From contig CT868649.1 of assembly GCA_000165425.1 (NCBI GenBank), positions 496,001 through 560,000 on the forward strand: a stretch of DNA of 64,000 nucleotides. Direction: 5' to 3'. Positions 31,262 to 44,450 of this stretch are shown piece by piece. The DNA is from Paramecium tetraurelia (lineage: Eukaryota). The notes under the pieces were generated by a model. The model did no database searches, was not told the origin of the DNA, and saw nothing but the letters and a program-made list of their open reading frames with translations. Numbering within the stretch: the stretch's first letter is position 1; each line of letters begins with the position of its first letter. The position numbers were made by a program, and so were the translations under genes.

Positions 31262-32303
31262 TCAAGACTTCATTATTTTAAACTCGATGAAGTCATTGTC
31301 AAAGGATATCTGAATGAAAATATATTAATATTTTAGTATAGTTCAATCTATGTGTTCATAAATAAATTTCACTCGAAATCTAGAAATTCTTCTCTAATTT
31401 CATTAAAAATATCTTCTATCCATACCATGTGCAAAGAGGGGTTATGTATTAACAGTCTACCAAATAAAGCCTCTAAATCTTCACTTTTGTAGATTCTATA
31501 CTTGAATATTATCACTTAAAAATTAATAACCTAATTTACTAATTAATTCTTTTTTCAATTCATAATAATCTTTCTTCTCTTATCCTTTCAATTTAGGTAA
31601 ATCATACACAAATTCTCTATCTGTTTTGTCTGGTTCTTCAGCAAATTATTGAATTTTGATTTTTGGTTTTTTGCTAGAGGATTTTGATCTCTACCATCTT
31701 TTTATAGAGGAACTTAAATTAATTTTCTCCCCTGATTATTGTTGCTCTTTTGACTTAATATATAACAAAGTGTAATACAATATATTGCATTAAATTATCA
31801 AGTCGACAATTTGATAGATTTTAGCCTTCTCTTCTGAAAAACACTGGAGGATGAGCTACAGGATCAAATTAATTCTTCTTTCTTTCTTGCATTGATCCAG
31901 CACTTCCTATTCTCCTTTTTTAGGCCTTTATATTCATTTCATGTTCATATTGTTCAAACTTTTCTTTTTTATTCTTGTTATTAGGAGTTCTTTTTTTCAT
32001 GAAAGGTTGATTGTTATCAATTCTAAACTACAATAGATCGTTTAATCTTACATTTTTTTAGTTTAAACAACTGCTTTAAATGTTTTTAAAACATTGTTGA
32101 AATCATCATCAGGATTGTTTTTAGATTCTTGACGCTATTTTTGATCTACAGGCTTTTATGATGTATAATCATACAGGTTTTGGGGGTTTTATATTTATAG
32201 ATGGCTTTGCGTTTTGTACAGCAATTTAATGTTTATAGAGATGATCAGCTGTTGCTCTTAGTCCTCCTATATTTCTAACATCCATAGCAAATGTTTTTTA
32301 CAT
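31262..32303 (-). CDS. Hypothetical protein, SPATA7-like ciliary protein candidate
   Basis: N-terminal HLYKHQIAVQNAKPSINIKPPKP and C-terminal RIYKSEDLEALFGRLLIHN..IFNEIREEF resemble SPATA7 termini (by eye). Confidence 0.55.
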
Positions 32304-32378
32304 TTTATTTTGTTATTTATAATAAAATAAATAATTATTGAATGCATTAATAATAAAATATAATACAATTATTTGAAA

Positions 32379-33812
32379 TCAAGGTTGTAGGATCCTCTAC
32401 ATAATCTCTTTGTCTGTACACTTTTAAATATCTGAAAGATCTGCTACATAAAAACATTCATTCAATTTAGCTGTTCTTAAAGTCCTAGATAGGTATTTCA
32501 TCATAAATGTAGCTAATAATTGATGTCTATTTAATGACCCCAAATTAACAGAAAAATTTGTAAAGTAGTCTTCAAGTAATTATATTAAAGTTATCATATT
32601 GAAAGTCAACTATTAAATGTTCTCAGGTGCATTGTCAACAAAAGCCTGTTTCATTTGTTTCAATTAAGTCAAACAAAATTAACCTCTTTCATCATTGAAA
32701 AACTTCTGTTATTCTTTTAAAAACTTTGAGTTTTCCAGCTAAATTAACCAATTAAATGAAAAACATCGTAATTTTTATGCCAAATCATAGAATGGCTGTT
32801 CAAATTTTTAAATGAAAAAACTAAAATTAAATGCACTTCTAGCAAAATTCAGCTAATTCAAATAAATTCTTTAGTTAGCTTCAAACTCAATTTACAAATA
32901 ATTTATTATTAATAGTTTTCTGTAATCAGTTTATTCAGGCTCTACCTCCACCAATACACCTGCATATTGTCTTTTTGAATTGCTCTGTTCTTAAATAAGT
33001 GGATTCTAATAGATTTCCTCCCAATTTATCCTATTCTCTTCGTTAATTTGTAAACATCCTTAAATTAATTACTATAATTATGAATTATCTAGTTGAGGTA
33101 CAATGATTGGTTTACAAATTTTTTCTTACAATTGGATTATATTATCAGCAATTATGGGAAGTTTTTAAAATAGTAACTCATACAAAATCATGCCTAAAGA
33201 CCAAATGTCGCATTTGGATGTGTAAGGTTATCTTAAAATAACTTACGGAGCCATATAAAGAGGAGTGCCTGCTATGCTTGTCATTAAATCGTTTTCGAAA
33301 TCAATTTTCTTTGCAAATCCGAAATCTGCAATTTTAGGAATTCCCTAATGCAATAGTATATTAGCTGGTTTTAAATCTCTGTGAATTATTGAGTTTTGAA
33401 AGAGTGAATGATAACTAAATAGATTTCATTCAATACCCATTTAAGATTTGCTTTAGGATATTGATTACTGATTATGAATCCAATTTACCTCTTTTGATTA
33501 TATCTCTTAAATCTCCACCATTACAAAATTCTGATATAATATAAAAATTGTTTTGAGTTTCATAGAAATCTAAAAATTTAACAATATTTTTATGATTAAG
33601 TTACTTCATAGATCTAATCTCATTTAATAATTGTTAAGTATTAGTCTGATTTGTTATTTTATATACGTTACTTGATTAATCATTCTTCTATCAATCACTT
33701 TAATTGCAACAGGCATTCCATCAGATGACGTCCCTTTGTAAACAATTCCATATGCTCCTCTTCCAAGTAGATGATTCATATTGAATGAGTATTTCCCAAC
33801 AAATTTTTACAT
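32379..33812 (-). CDS. ULK/Atg1-like Ser/Thr kinase
   Basis: LGRGAYGIVYKG, EFCNGGDL, HRDLKPANILL, KIADFGFAK, SIAGTPLYMAP, KCDIWSLG. Confidence 0.88.
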
Positions 33813-33881
33813 TTTTTGTTAATAAAATTATACTATAACTTTTGCATACAAAATAATATTGAATAAAGTATTAGTAATATA

Positions 33882-34556
33882 TCACAAAATGGTTTTCGAT
33901 TGCTGAGATATCAATTTAGTATTCTAAATTTACTTATATTTTTATTTTAGTTTTTCTAAATTCCTTTGTCTCTCCTCAATTTCTTATTCAATTTGTTTCA
34001 AAAACTAATTTTGTCTAGTGACTTGAGAATTATTGCTAATCTCCTTTTTTAAATCTGATTGGCCTATCTCATTTTCTTATTTTAAAATTTGCTCATACAC
34101 TCTTAATTATTTTATAAAGCCCTCATTTGGCAGTATTTATTTCCTCAAACACCATAATATTTAATAAGCTCGATCAAAACTCCAATCAAAATGCTACATC
34201 AAATACCCCAAAACAACTGTGGCACTTCTTGATATTCCAGCATAACAATGAACCATTACATTTGTATGTTTTCTATTCTCGTCTATAAAATTGAAACACA
34301 AAGGGAAATGATCTAGTAATGACTGATCTTCCGAATCAGGAATTGAGATTTTTGAATGGATGTAGGATTCAGGTAAATTAATTTCAGGAAAATCAATGAC
34401 ACTCAAAACAGCACGTATTTGTAATTTTGATAGCAAATACTGATCCTTGGCACAATCAATGTCTCCTATGTAGAGTCCACTATAAGTATTGATTCCATTT
34501 GTCTTGGGCTCGAGAATGCAATTCCATTTTGATAATTCGTTAGGGTCTAAGTTCAT
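33882..34556 (-). CDS. Dual-specificity protein phosphatase
   Basis: GLYIGD, IPDSEDQSL, VHCYAGISRS catalytic loop, LPNEGFIKQL. Confidence 0.92.
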
Positions 34557-34577
34557 TAAATTATTATAATATATATA

Positions 34578-34648
34578 TAATCAGTAAAGGGTTTTCGTAT
34601 TATCTACATGAATTTTCAGCAGACCGTACGTGATTTTACATCATAAGA
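34578..34648 (-). ncRNA. Box C/D snoRNA, snR73/U35-like
   Basis: Minus strand: ATGATGT (box C), TCACGTACGGTCTG, CTGA (D'), ..., CTGA (box D, 34581-34584); guide complementary to LSU AGACCGUCGUGA with one bulge. Confidence 0.75.
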
Positions 34649-34660
34649 ATATAGTTTTAT

Positions 34661-34725
34661 TAATCAGTGTAACTATGACTAAAGTCCATGAAGAATTGTC
34701 ACCATTTGTGATAATCATCATAAAA
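34661..34725 (-). ncRNA. Box C/D snoRNA, snR63/U46-like
   Basis: Minus strand: ATGATGA (box C, 34715-34721) ... AGTCATAGTTAC-A-CTGA (box D, 34664-34667); 12-nt perfect complement to LSU GUAACUAUGACU. Confidence 0.85.
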
Positions 34726-34765
34726 TAAATTTTTATTAAATTAATGAATTTTTTTATCAAAATAA

Positions 34766-37384
34766 TCAGATTTTAAAGTTGGAAATCATGCCTGCTACAA
34801 ATATGCCCACCTATTTGGCATATTTAAAAGTTGAGATGTTTTCTTTGTAAATATAATGTCTACAAATTTCCCATTTGCACAGTTTTTCAACCAATTTGTC
34901 CTCCTCATTTTCTAATGTAATTATTTACTCAATTTTATGGGCATTGTCCTCCTTTTCTAATAGCTTCTTTCTTTATTCTTCCCATTGCATTTCATACAAA
35001 TAGGCTACTTCATTAACTAAGTTGATAGAGACAAGAGTTAGCCAATCAGAACAATCAAGAGTTTGTGGTTGATTCTCAAAAAAGTGAGTAGGATTTATTT
35101 TCATCATTTTGATAACTGACTTTTCATATTTCAATTATCCATTTGGTTAAATGAATTATTCTAGCCTATTGATTATCCCTAACAATGAATTCTTTGTAGA
35201 AGGCACTATGAATTTATGATACAATCCTACTCCAACTCCTCCAACCACACTTCCAATCAATGCTCCTAAAACAGGAACAGGTATCAATATCTATCCAGCA
35301 ACAGCTGATCCTATTCCCATTGAAGTCTTTACTCCTAAATGACCCATGTTTTTTAGTTTATTTTACATACTCAAGACTTTATTTGAAAATACTTTGTGAA
35401 CAGAATAAAATAAAAATGTTTATCCGACCAAAAAACCAACAAATGGCAAATTCATTGAAAGGGCAGCAAAGGCAGTTGTTTCAGCTGTACCATACCCTGC
35501 TCTCTAAAGTTTTTTTTACCATGATATATTATCATCAAGACAATCAACTATAAAAATACCAATTCCTGATCCAATTGCTCCTGCTGCAAGAATTGTTGGA
35601 TCAGTTGGTTGAGGAGCACCTCCTTTTTATGCTTTATCAATTTTATTACAAAATTGTTTTTTTATTATCTTTAATTATTCATCCATATTCATCGAAAAAT
35701 TTACTATCAATTTCGATTATCCATTAGAATCAAGTGAATATCCGCATGTTTCTTATTCATATAATTTGATATTTTTTACATACTCTATATTGGTTTCAAG
35801 AATATGCTAAACTCCTGATGATAATTTCATATTCAAATTTGAGAATTTTTCAACTTCAGTCCATAAGTTCTGATTAAAATAATCAAATGAGACTATAATA
35901 ACGTAATTTTTGATCATATATAATACAAGCTATTCTTTACTATGTAGGTATATTTTAAATGCCGATCGTTTGCCTCTAGTTATGATATTGATCTTCTCAA
36001 TAAACAATTAATCTTTTTCTTTCACGAAATCTCTGTCATTTTTATCCACTATTATCTACATGGTTTATATAGGCATTTTAGGATCCAAACCCATTCTGAC
36101 TAAGGAAGTAAAGAAATCTGTTGTTTTTGCTGGATTATTAATTCTTTCTTATTTGTATTCTAAATACGATACTATAATCTTCTTGGTAAATTCAAAATGA
36201 TTGATAAATTCTGGTCTCCAAAAATTTGATTTTTCAATTAAAAAATAATTCTAAAGTTCTCTGACTATGTGTTATGAAGCATCTGTTTGAATTGCTTGAA
36301 ATGTTCTAACATTAGCTAATGCTGGATAATCTTAGAATATCTGATTTACTTTTTGCATCTAATCATCTACAAATGTCGAAGTTAAAACTATAAATTACTC
36401 AATATCCTTATGAATATCAAAAATAGTCTCTTTAATTTTTTCAAAGAGAATGATGAAATCTGCTTATTCAACTAATGCAAACTCATGCATTTGAACTGTG
36501 AATTAGCCTACTTGGTTTTCAATTTGTCCTTCTAATACATAAGATAATTCTTAAGGATCAAATTCATTTTCTAATAATAAGTCTATTGTTTCTTCAATAA
36601 AATTAAAAAATTGAGAGATCATATTTTTAACCAAAATCATTAACTATTAAACAAATCTTCCATTTTAACTAATCATTATAGGCATTCCTTTGAATTGAGA
36701 AATTGAATTTTCTAAATCACTAAATGTTAGATTCATGATATCACTTTCTATTTCTTTTCTAGAAAACTTTGGCTTTATTTAAATGTATTTTTGAAAAAGT
36801 GCGCATCCATTAATAAGTGTATTAGCAATAATTGCATTTCCTAGTTAAACTTATCTCTAAGACATCATCAAAGCTTCTTATAGCTCCTCAAGTGTATCAA
36901 TATAACAATCTTATTCAATAAAATATTCCCATACATTTGATAGTAATTATTTTGGACATATAAGTATAGGTATAATAGATCCAGTAGTAACTTGTCTTTC
37001 AAAAGAATTGATAAATATTTGCTCTCTTAAATTGTATGTATTCTTTGAGTTGATGAGAGCGATTTTATAATTTTCTTAAGGATCTAATTTATAACTCATT
37101 AATTTTGGATAATATGGAACATTCTTATCATTGGTTGATATTAAAAAGGAGCACTTAGAGGGATCAATCAAGAATGTTTTTGAGAAGATTATTACCAATT
37201 TATATTTATCTAATCTTGCTGCCATTATTTTAAAATTTTCATCAGAGAAGGTTGCAGGACCATTAAATTATTAGGTATACTTTTTGCATTCAGCTATGTG
37301 ATCATCGCATAATACATATCCCTAAATAATTTTCTATTCATCTCCACACCATTAATATGTAATGTTTAAGAATTCATTGATCAT
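34766..37384 (-). CDS. Hypothetical protein with a C-terminal glycine-rich hydrophobic segment
   Basis: Long code-6 frame from MINEFLNITYQW; GIGSAVAGQILIPVPVLGALIGSVVGGVGVG near the C-terminus. Confidence 0.7.
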
Positions 37385-37412
37385 AATATTTTATGTTTTT
37401 AATAAAAATTAT

Positions 37413-40188
37413 TCATTTCTAGATTTTAAATCTATCCTATTTATTGGCTGTAGGCTAAGGTACAACAATGGGTTTAATGTTCCTAAGAATTTAAGATATT
37501 TAAATATACCAAATCTTTTCTGCATACTCATGAATAGTTCTATCACTACTAAATTTGCCTGATCTAATAGAATTGTAGAATGCTTTCTTAGCCCATTAAA
37601 TCTTATCTTGATATAATTGATCAATCTGAAAAATAATGGATATATAACATACTTTAATTTGAGCTTAGGCGTAATGATAGAAATCATGTCCCACTAAATA
37701 GAAATCATTTCTATTTGTAATTGAGTCTAATAGTCCGTGATGATCGTGTCCAAAGATACCTGATCTTATAGCTTAGATAACATTCCAAAGAGGTTTTTGA
37801 ATATATTGATAAGGATCAGAATTTTTCATATTGTCAATCAACTTACCAACTTCTTCTACTCTTGCACCAAAAATGAAAATATTATCAAGTCCAACTTCTT
37901 CTGCAATTTCAATATTGGCACCATCCCAAGTTCCTAAAATGATTCCACCATTCATTACGAATTTCATATTGGATGTACCTGATGCTTCTGTGCCTGCAGT
38001 TGAAATATGTTAAGAAATATCAGAGGCAGGTATAATGATTTCTGCTGATGATACATTATAATTGGGTAGAAACACTACTTTCAAGTAATGATTAGTGTCC
38101 AAATCATGATTTACGACTTCAGCAACGGCATTAATTAATTTGATGATTCGTTTAGCATTCAAATATCCAGGAGCTGCCTTTCCTCCAAAGAAAACAGTCC
38201 TTGGTGCAAATTTTTTTCTGCCTTCAGTGGGAGTATCCTTTAATAAAAGATATCTATAGATAATATAAAGGATGTTCATGAATTATCTTTTGTATTCATG
38301 AATTCTCTTGACTTGAATATCAAATAAAGTATCTGCATTAACTTCTACATTACAATATTGTCTAACCCATTTGATAAGTCGTAATTTATTATTTCTTTTG
38401 ACTTTCATAAACTAGATTAATGCCAATTGATCTTCGCATTTGTCTTCTAGAGTTTTCAACATATCCATATTGAGTACCCATTCGTCTGTGCCTAACCATT
38501 CATCGTACAATTAGGCTAATTGCTAATTACATGATCTGAGCCATCTTCTTGGTGCAACACCATTAGTGATGTTAATGAACTTCTTAGGTCTCATTTCATA
38601 ATGATCCTTAAACAAATCAGTCTTCAATAAATCTGAATGGATTCTTGCAACACCATTAACCATATGTGATCCAATGATTGATAAATTGGCCATTCTGATC
38701 TTTTTCACTGGGCCTTCTTCAATAAGTGAGAGTGCTGATAATTTGTGTGCATCTCCTGGGAATTTAGCACTTACCTTACTCAAGAATATCATATTAACAT
38801 AGTAGATAATCTCAAGATGTCTTGGCAATAAACTACCTAACAAATCGACACCCCATTTCTCCAAAGCTTCAGGTAATACTGTATGATTTGTATATCCGAA
38901 AGTCTTGGAAATGATTTCCCAAGCATTTGCATGAGTCATACCCTCTATATCAATCAAAATTCTCAAGAGTTCCAAAATAGCTAAAGAAGGATGAGTGTCA
39001 TTTAATTGAATGGCTACCTTCTCTGGCAGAAGGGACCAATCTCTTCTTACTTTTTTAAATCTTCTGATAATATCTTAAAGAGTAGCACTAACTAGTAAAT
39101 ATTCTTATTTCAATCTGAGTTCTTTTCCAGCATAGGAACTATCATTTGGATATAAGACTGATGTTATGTATTCTGCTTTTTCTCTGGCTTCCAATGATTT
39201 GAAATAATCTCCTTCATTAAAACTAGTAAAATCAAACTCATTTGCTGGCACAGATCTCCACAATCTCAAAGATATTGTATTGAATGTCATATATCCTGGG
39301 ATTGGAGTATCATAAGCTCTGGCAACTATTGTTTCCTATTATGTCTCATAAAGATTTATACTCCTGCTTCCCATAAAGACTTTTCCTAACCATTCTCGTG
39401 TCTCTTGACTACTCTTCCATAAAACTTGACTGGATATTACACATCCAATCTCTCAATTTCCCAAGGGTTACCCTTCTCCAACCAGTAATCTGGTGCTTCC
39501 ACTTATTACCCATTTTGAATCAATTACTTGAATATTCCATAACTATATCTAATGCCATAACCAAAGGCTGGGTAATTCAATGTTGCAAGTGAATCCAAAA
39601 AACAGGCTGCTAAACGACTAGAAAATAATTGATTATTTATACCCTAATCCACCGTTCCCTAAGGCTGGATCTACTTCTTCATCGTAGAGGTCTTCCAATT
39701 TATACCCCAATTCTTGAACTGCCTCTGTATATGCATCTTGTAATCCGAGATTTCCTACAGCATTTTAAAGACATCTTCCAATTAGAAATTCAATTGATAA
39801 ATAGTATACTCTCTTGCAATCTTATTCATGAAAATACAATTGAGTATCATTAAAACTTTCAATCAATCTATCTCTTATTGAGTGAGACACTGCTTAATAA
39901 CAATGTACCTAATGAAAATCAAATCTTGTTCTTGCGAGTGAAAATTCTACATGGTTCACGATCTATTCCTGAATACTTAAATTTAAATAGGATCTTATAC
40001 CTTTTTTTGTCAGAAGGCAAGTAATTTTACATCAAATGCCACAATCTCTCATGATTCGCTAAACTTTGCGTAGACCCGAATTCAGGTCTAAAGAGTTAAT
40101 TCATATTTGAATTGGACCCACAAAAAGATTTCCTAGACATTAATGTCTTTGAATCACTGGCTGACATCTATTTTTATAAACCTGACAT
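37413..40188 (-). CDS. Glycogen phosphorylase
   Basis: [59 protein letters not shown]-site [10 protein letters not shown]. Confidence 0.97.
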
Positions 40189-41273
40189 TTTGTATAAGAT
40201 ATTTATATAAATATATACACAAAAACAAAACAATGTGAAATAACTTAAATTTATTTCATTCTCCATTAAATAGAGTAAGATATAGAATACGGTAGTTATT
40301 TATTCTTATACTTTTATTCAATGTAAACTCATATCTTTTTGATTTCTCTAAATTTCATTATATTAAGCCTTATCCTTAAAAGTGGCTTAGTATTTTGACT
40401 CAACTTATCTTCCAGTTGAGGATAGTTTTGTTATTTAAGAGTACTTAGCTTAGTTCTAAATAAAAATTGTTGAGCTGTTAGGACTTATTGATTTTGGTTT
40501 GGTTATTTATTACTGAAATTTTTGGATAAATTTAATTGTTAAACTTAATTAGCTTTATTTCGATTTCATATAACAATTCTTTTATCATAATCTGGAGTCA
40601 ATTATTCTTTTTTAATCATATTCTTAGAGTATGTTATTATTTCAACAATCTCATTTTAAATCTACACCAATATACTGACCTTACGGAATATTCCAAATCC
40701 ATTTAATAATCAAATTTTTCTTGTCCAATATTTTTACTCTTTATTCAAAGTTTATACCTCCCTAATCATCTTATTGCTAATTTAAGAAGTTGCCAGTTCA
40801 AAATATTAAACTTATATCCTTTCACACTCCAATCTTTCTTTTTTTAGTTAAATTAACTTAAGTTTGATTCATTAATTAAAAATACTTAAGTTTAAGTTTA
40901 TTTTCTCAATCTATTCATTGCTAATAATTTTTAAATTCTGATATTCTATATCAACCAGGTTATTTAATAATATGAAAAGTAGGTATGTACTCAAATTTAT
41001 TAATTATTTCTAGTTTCTTTATATTACTTTCAAGTATAGTAAATTATGATTTCTTATTTGAATTGACCATTTACCAAACTTACTAGTAAATAGTTAACAA
41101 TACCTTTAAAAATCTATTTTACATTAACCAAATCTAATATTATAATATGTTTTATATAATTCAATCAAATCTAATTCGTTATCCTTGCATTATAAATACG
41201 ATTACTCCAATTATAACCTCTCTTTTTTAATAACATCGTTAATTTATTTTAATAAAACATTTAATAATTTAAA

Positions 41274-43784
41274 ATGATGAACACTATCATTGATCAACTG
41301 AGTAAACAGGATTTCCAAAGTATTATTTATAATTCCTACATAATAAGGTTGCTTCACTACTGTTAATAAATTTGTTTAAGAGAATGAAAAATAGAAATCA
41401 TTTCCAAAAGAATATCTCAAATTATTTATAACAATCTTGAATTCATTAAAGACAATCATAATTGAATAAGAGAATAAAGAATTTAAATTCAAACTGTTCT
41501 AAGTTCTTAGATTACTCACAAGATCGCAAGATGTTTCACTGAATGTCCAATCTCAAGAATTTTTATTATTGATAGATTTAATGCAAATCATTCAAAAATA
41601 GACTTCGTAATCTTTTACTATGATGCAAATAGAAAATTTGAGCATCTAAAAACGTTTAATTTATTTCAATAACAAGGTATGTGTTATTTTTACTAAAATT
41701 ATCATAGTTACTGCAAACCTTTAATTCTAAATATGTGCATTCCCTATTAGATATAATGACCTCTTCTTCCAAGGACTTGAAATTAAGTCTATTGGATTAT
41801 ATTAAATTAGCAATGGAAATCGATGGGTAGTTAATACAAACTGAAATATCATCCCTTTACTATGTTGGTAAGATGCTTGTCTTACTCGAAAACAATGATC
41901 TAGAATTAAAGATTTAGACTGCTAATTTGATTACAAAGTTGTTAGATTGCTATCCATTCAGCGAAAATTTCCGCAAATTAACAGGAATGGCAACAGTAAT
42001 CCAGGAAATTGAAAAGAAAGACAATGATAAATTAGAAGTAAAAATACCTCTATTGAATTTATTAATGAGAATATCCTCTGATAGCAAGAATTACCCTGAT
42101 CTTAAAGTAAAAATACATATAAATTTATAAGTTGTATGGGATTGTAGAAATTTTACTATAAAATTTAGACCATTAGGAATACATGATAGTTACAACAGTC
42201 ATAAATATTTTTGGCTAATTAAGTTTTGATGATGAGTTATCATCTAGAATCGCATAGAAAGGATTATGTATAAATATATTATGAATATTAGAAAAAATAA
42301 TTAATCTGGTGTTTATGTGTCATCCTCATAGAGTTAAGCAATTAAAGTTTATTGATATTAATAAGAAGGATTATCCAAAGGCTATTTTGGAATTGCAAAT
42401 TTACACCTTTAGATTACTGAGATACTTAGCTTCTCTGAATAGGCATAGACACATTTTTAAATAACTATTTATCCCCAGATTATTATAATAATTTATTGAT
42501 ATAGAGAATTTTAATAAGACTTTAAATGCATATAAAAAATTAGTGGATGATTTCAATTAAATAGAACCTGAAGATTTGTTATGTATGTAAGAAACATTGC
42601 AACAATCTGCAGAAAATTTTTATATGCAAAATACAATAAAAAAGATTGGAAATTATGAGATATTGGAATAAATAGGCAAAGGAGCATTCGGATCAGTTTA
42701 CTTGTGTAGATTGGGAGGCAATTTCTATGCAATTAAATAAATAAATGATGTTGAAACTTTGCAGTATCGAGAGGTGTAGATCCATTTGGAATTGAACCAT
42801 CCAAATATTGTTAAATTATACGAATGCTTCATCCACGAACATTCATTATGTTTGGTGATAGAATACATAAAGGGAATGAACGTATAAGAGCTGATTAAGT
42901 TAATGAATGAGAAGAACTAGTAGATAGATGAAGAGAATGTTTGGAAAATATTGATAGATCTACTTTCAGTATTAAGATATTTACATTTTGATAAGAACAT
43001 TGTCCATCGAGATTTGAATCCTGCAAATATAATGGTGGATTCATCATATTCAATTAAAATCTGTGATTTTGGATTGGCTAAGCACTTTTAAGAAGACATA
43101 ATCAATAACTCATTTGTTGGAACATTAATTTACACTTGTCCATAGATAGTGGAGAATAAGGCATATTCTGAGAAGGCAGATGTATGGGCTTTGGGATGTG
43201 TATTATATGAAATGCTTTAATAAAAGCCTGCGTTTCAATCTGCGAATCCTTTGATGCTTGCAAAAAAGATTGTTTAATTAGAATATGAGCCCATCAATTA
43301 AGGCATTTATAGCAATGAATTAATAAATATAGTTTAGTTGTGTCTTTAGAAGGAGGAGGACAAACGACCATCAGTTAATGAATTGTTAGAGATGATAAGT
43401 TTGAAGATGGTGATTTTGATGGATACTATAAAGTAAGAGAAAGATGATTTGAAAAGTGAGTTCCAAGATTTGTAATCCAAAATCAATGATTAATTGTATG
43501 AAACAAAAAAAGAACAATAAGAACCAGGATTGCAGGTTTGGAATATATTCTAAAAACTCTTATAATTGTCACTTCATGATTATAAAACTCTTGATGCTAA
43601 GAATTAGTATTTGATTGAATAGTTTAGAAGAAAGATAAGTAAACCAGACAACGACATCAACATTTAGACTGAATTAACTAAATTAACATCCTTATCGAAA
43701 GAATTTATATCATACTTACCAAAGATTACTTATGAACAACTGTTTTTTATAATTGAGACTGAGTGTAAATCATAATAAATCTGA
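41274..43784 (+). CDS. NEK10: NEK10-like kinase (helical/ARM-like N-terminus plus kinase)
   Basis: LRYLASLNRHRHIFKQLF..FIDI, IGKGAFGSVY, LRYLHFDKNIVHRDLNPANIM, DFGLAK, EKADVWALGC, C-terminal ITYEQL. Confidence 0.82.
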
Positions 43785-43899
43785 TTGTATTGTTTGTGTT
43801 AAACTAATGAATTTTATATTAATTATGTTAGATAGACTTATTATTCTAGTTTTTATATGAAATTTCATAAGTGAATAGGATAGATGCTACAACCTAATT

Positions 43900-44386
43900 A
43901 TGAAGGATAGAGAATAAAGATTGTATAATTTTAATTTGGTTATAATAAAATTAATGTTTGGTTAGAATGTCGATACTTAGGATCTCAAAATTCTTAAATG
44001 TGTTCATGATTACAAAGTAATGAGCAAGAAACTAAAGATTCGTGCCTTTGCCTAATTTCATTAATGCTAATACAACTGTGTAAAGGACATAAATTCCAAA
44101 ACAGTGGAGACTTGTTTCAAGCAATGTGAATTAGGTATGAATGAACAAGAATTCATTAGAGTTGGACAATTACTTTGAAGAGAAATAGAAGAGAAAAATA
44201 GGGAATAAAGTGTTTTATGCATTACCCATTTATAACAATTCTGATCCATCAAAGCAATATGTTATTCCATAAGATTAGCAAGGAGAATATCAAAAAAAGA
44301 CTATACAATTTGAATTCGAATCTCAACGTAAATTAAATGAATTGAAAAACATTCTAGATGAACGTGGTAAGATTTATAAGTTGTGA
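43900..44386 (+). CDS. Small protein with a twin CX3C motif
   Basis: CQYNC-x10-CFKQC; two short introns; start codon uncertain. Confidence 0.6.
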
Positions 44387-44450
44387 TTTAAATATACACA
44401 TATATTTATATAATGTAAATAAAATTAATTTTTTAATTCTGTAGCTACAA

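Noticed and set aside
34766..37384. TBC/Rab-GAP domain call
   Set aside because: No clear IxxDxxR or YxQ fingers; resemblance too weak.
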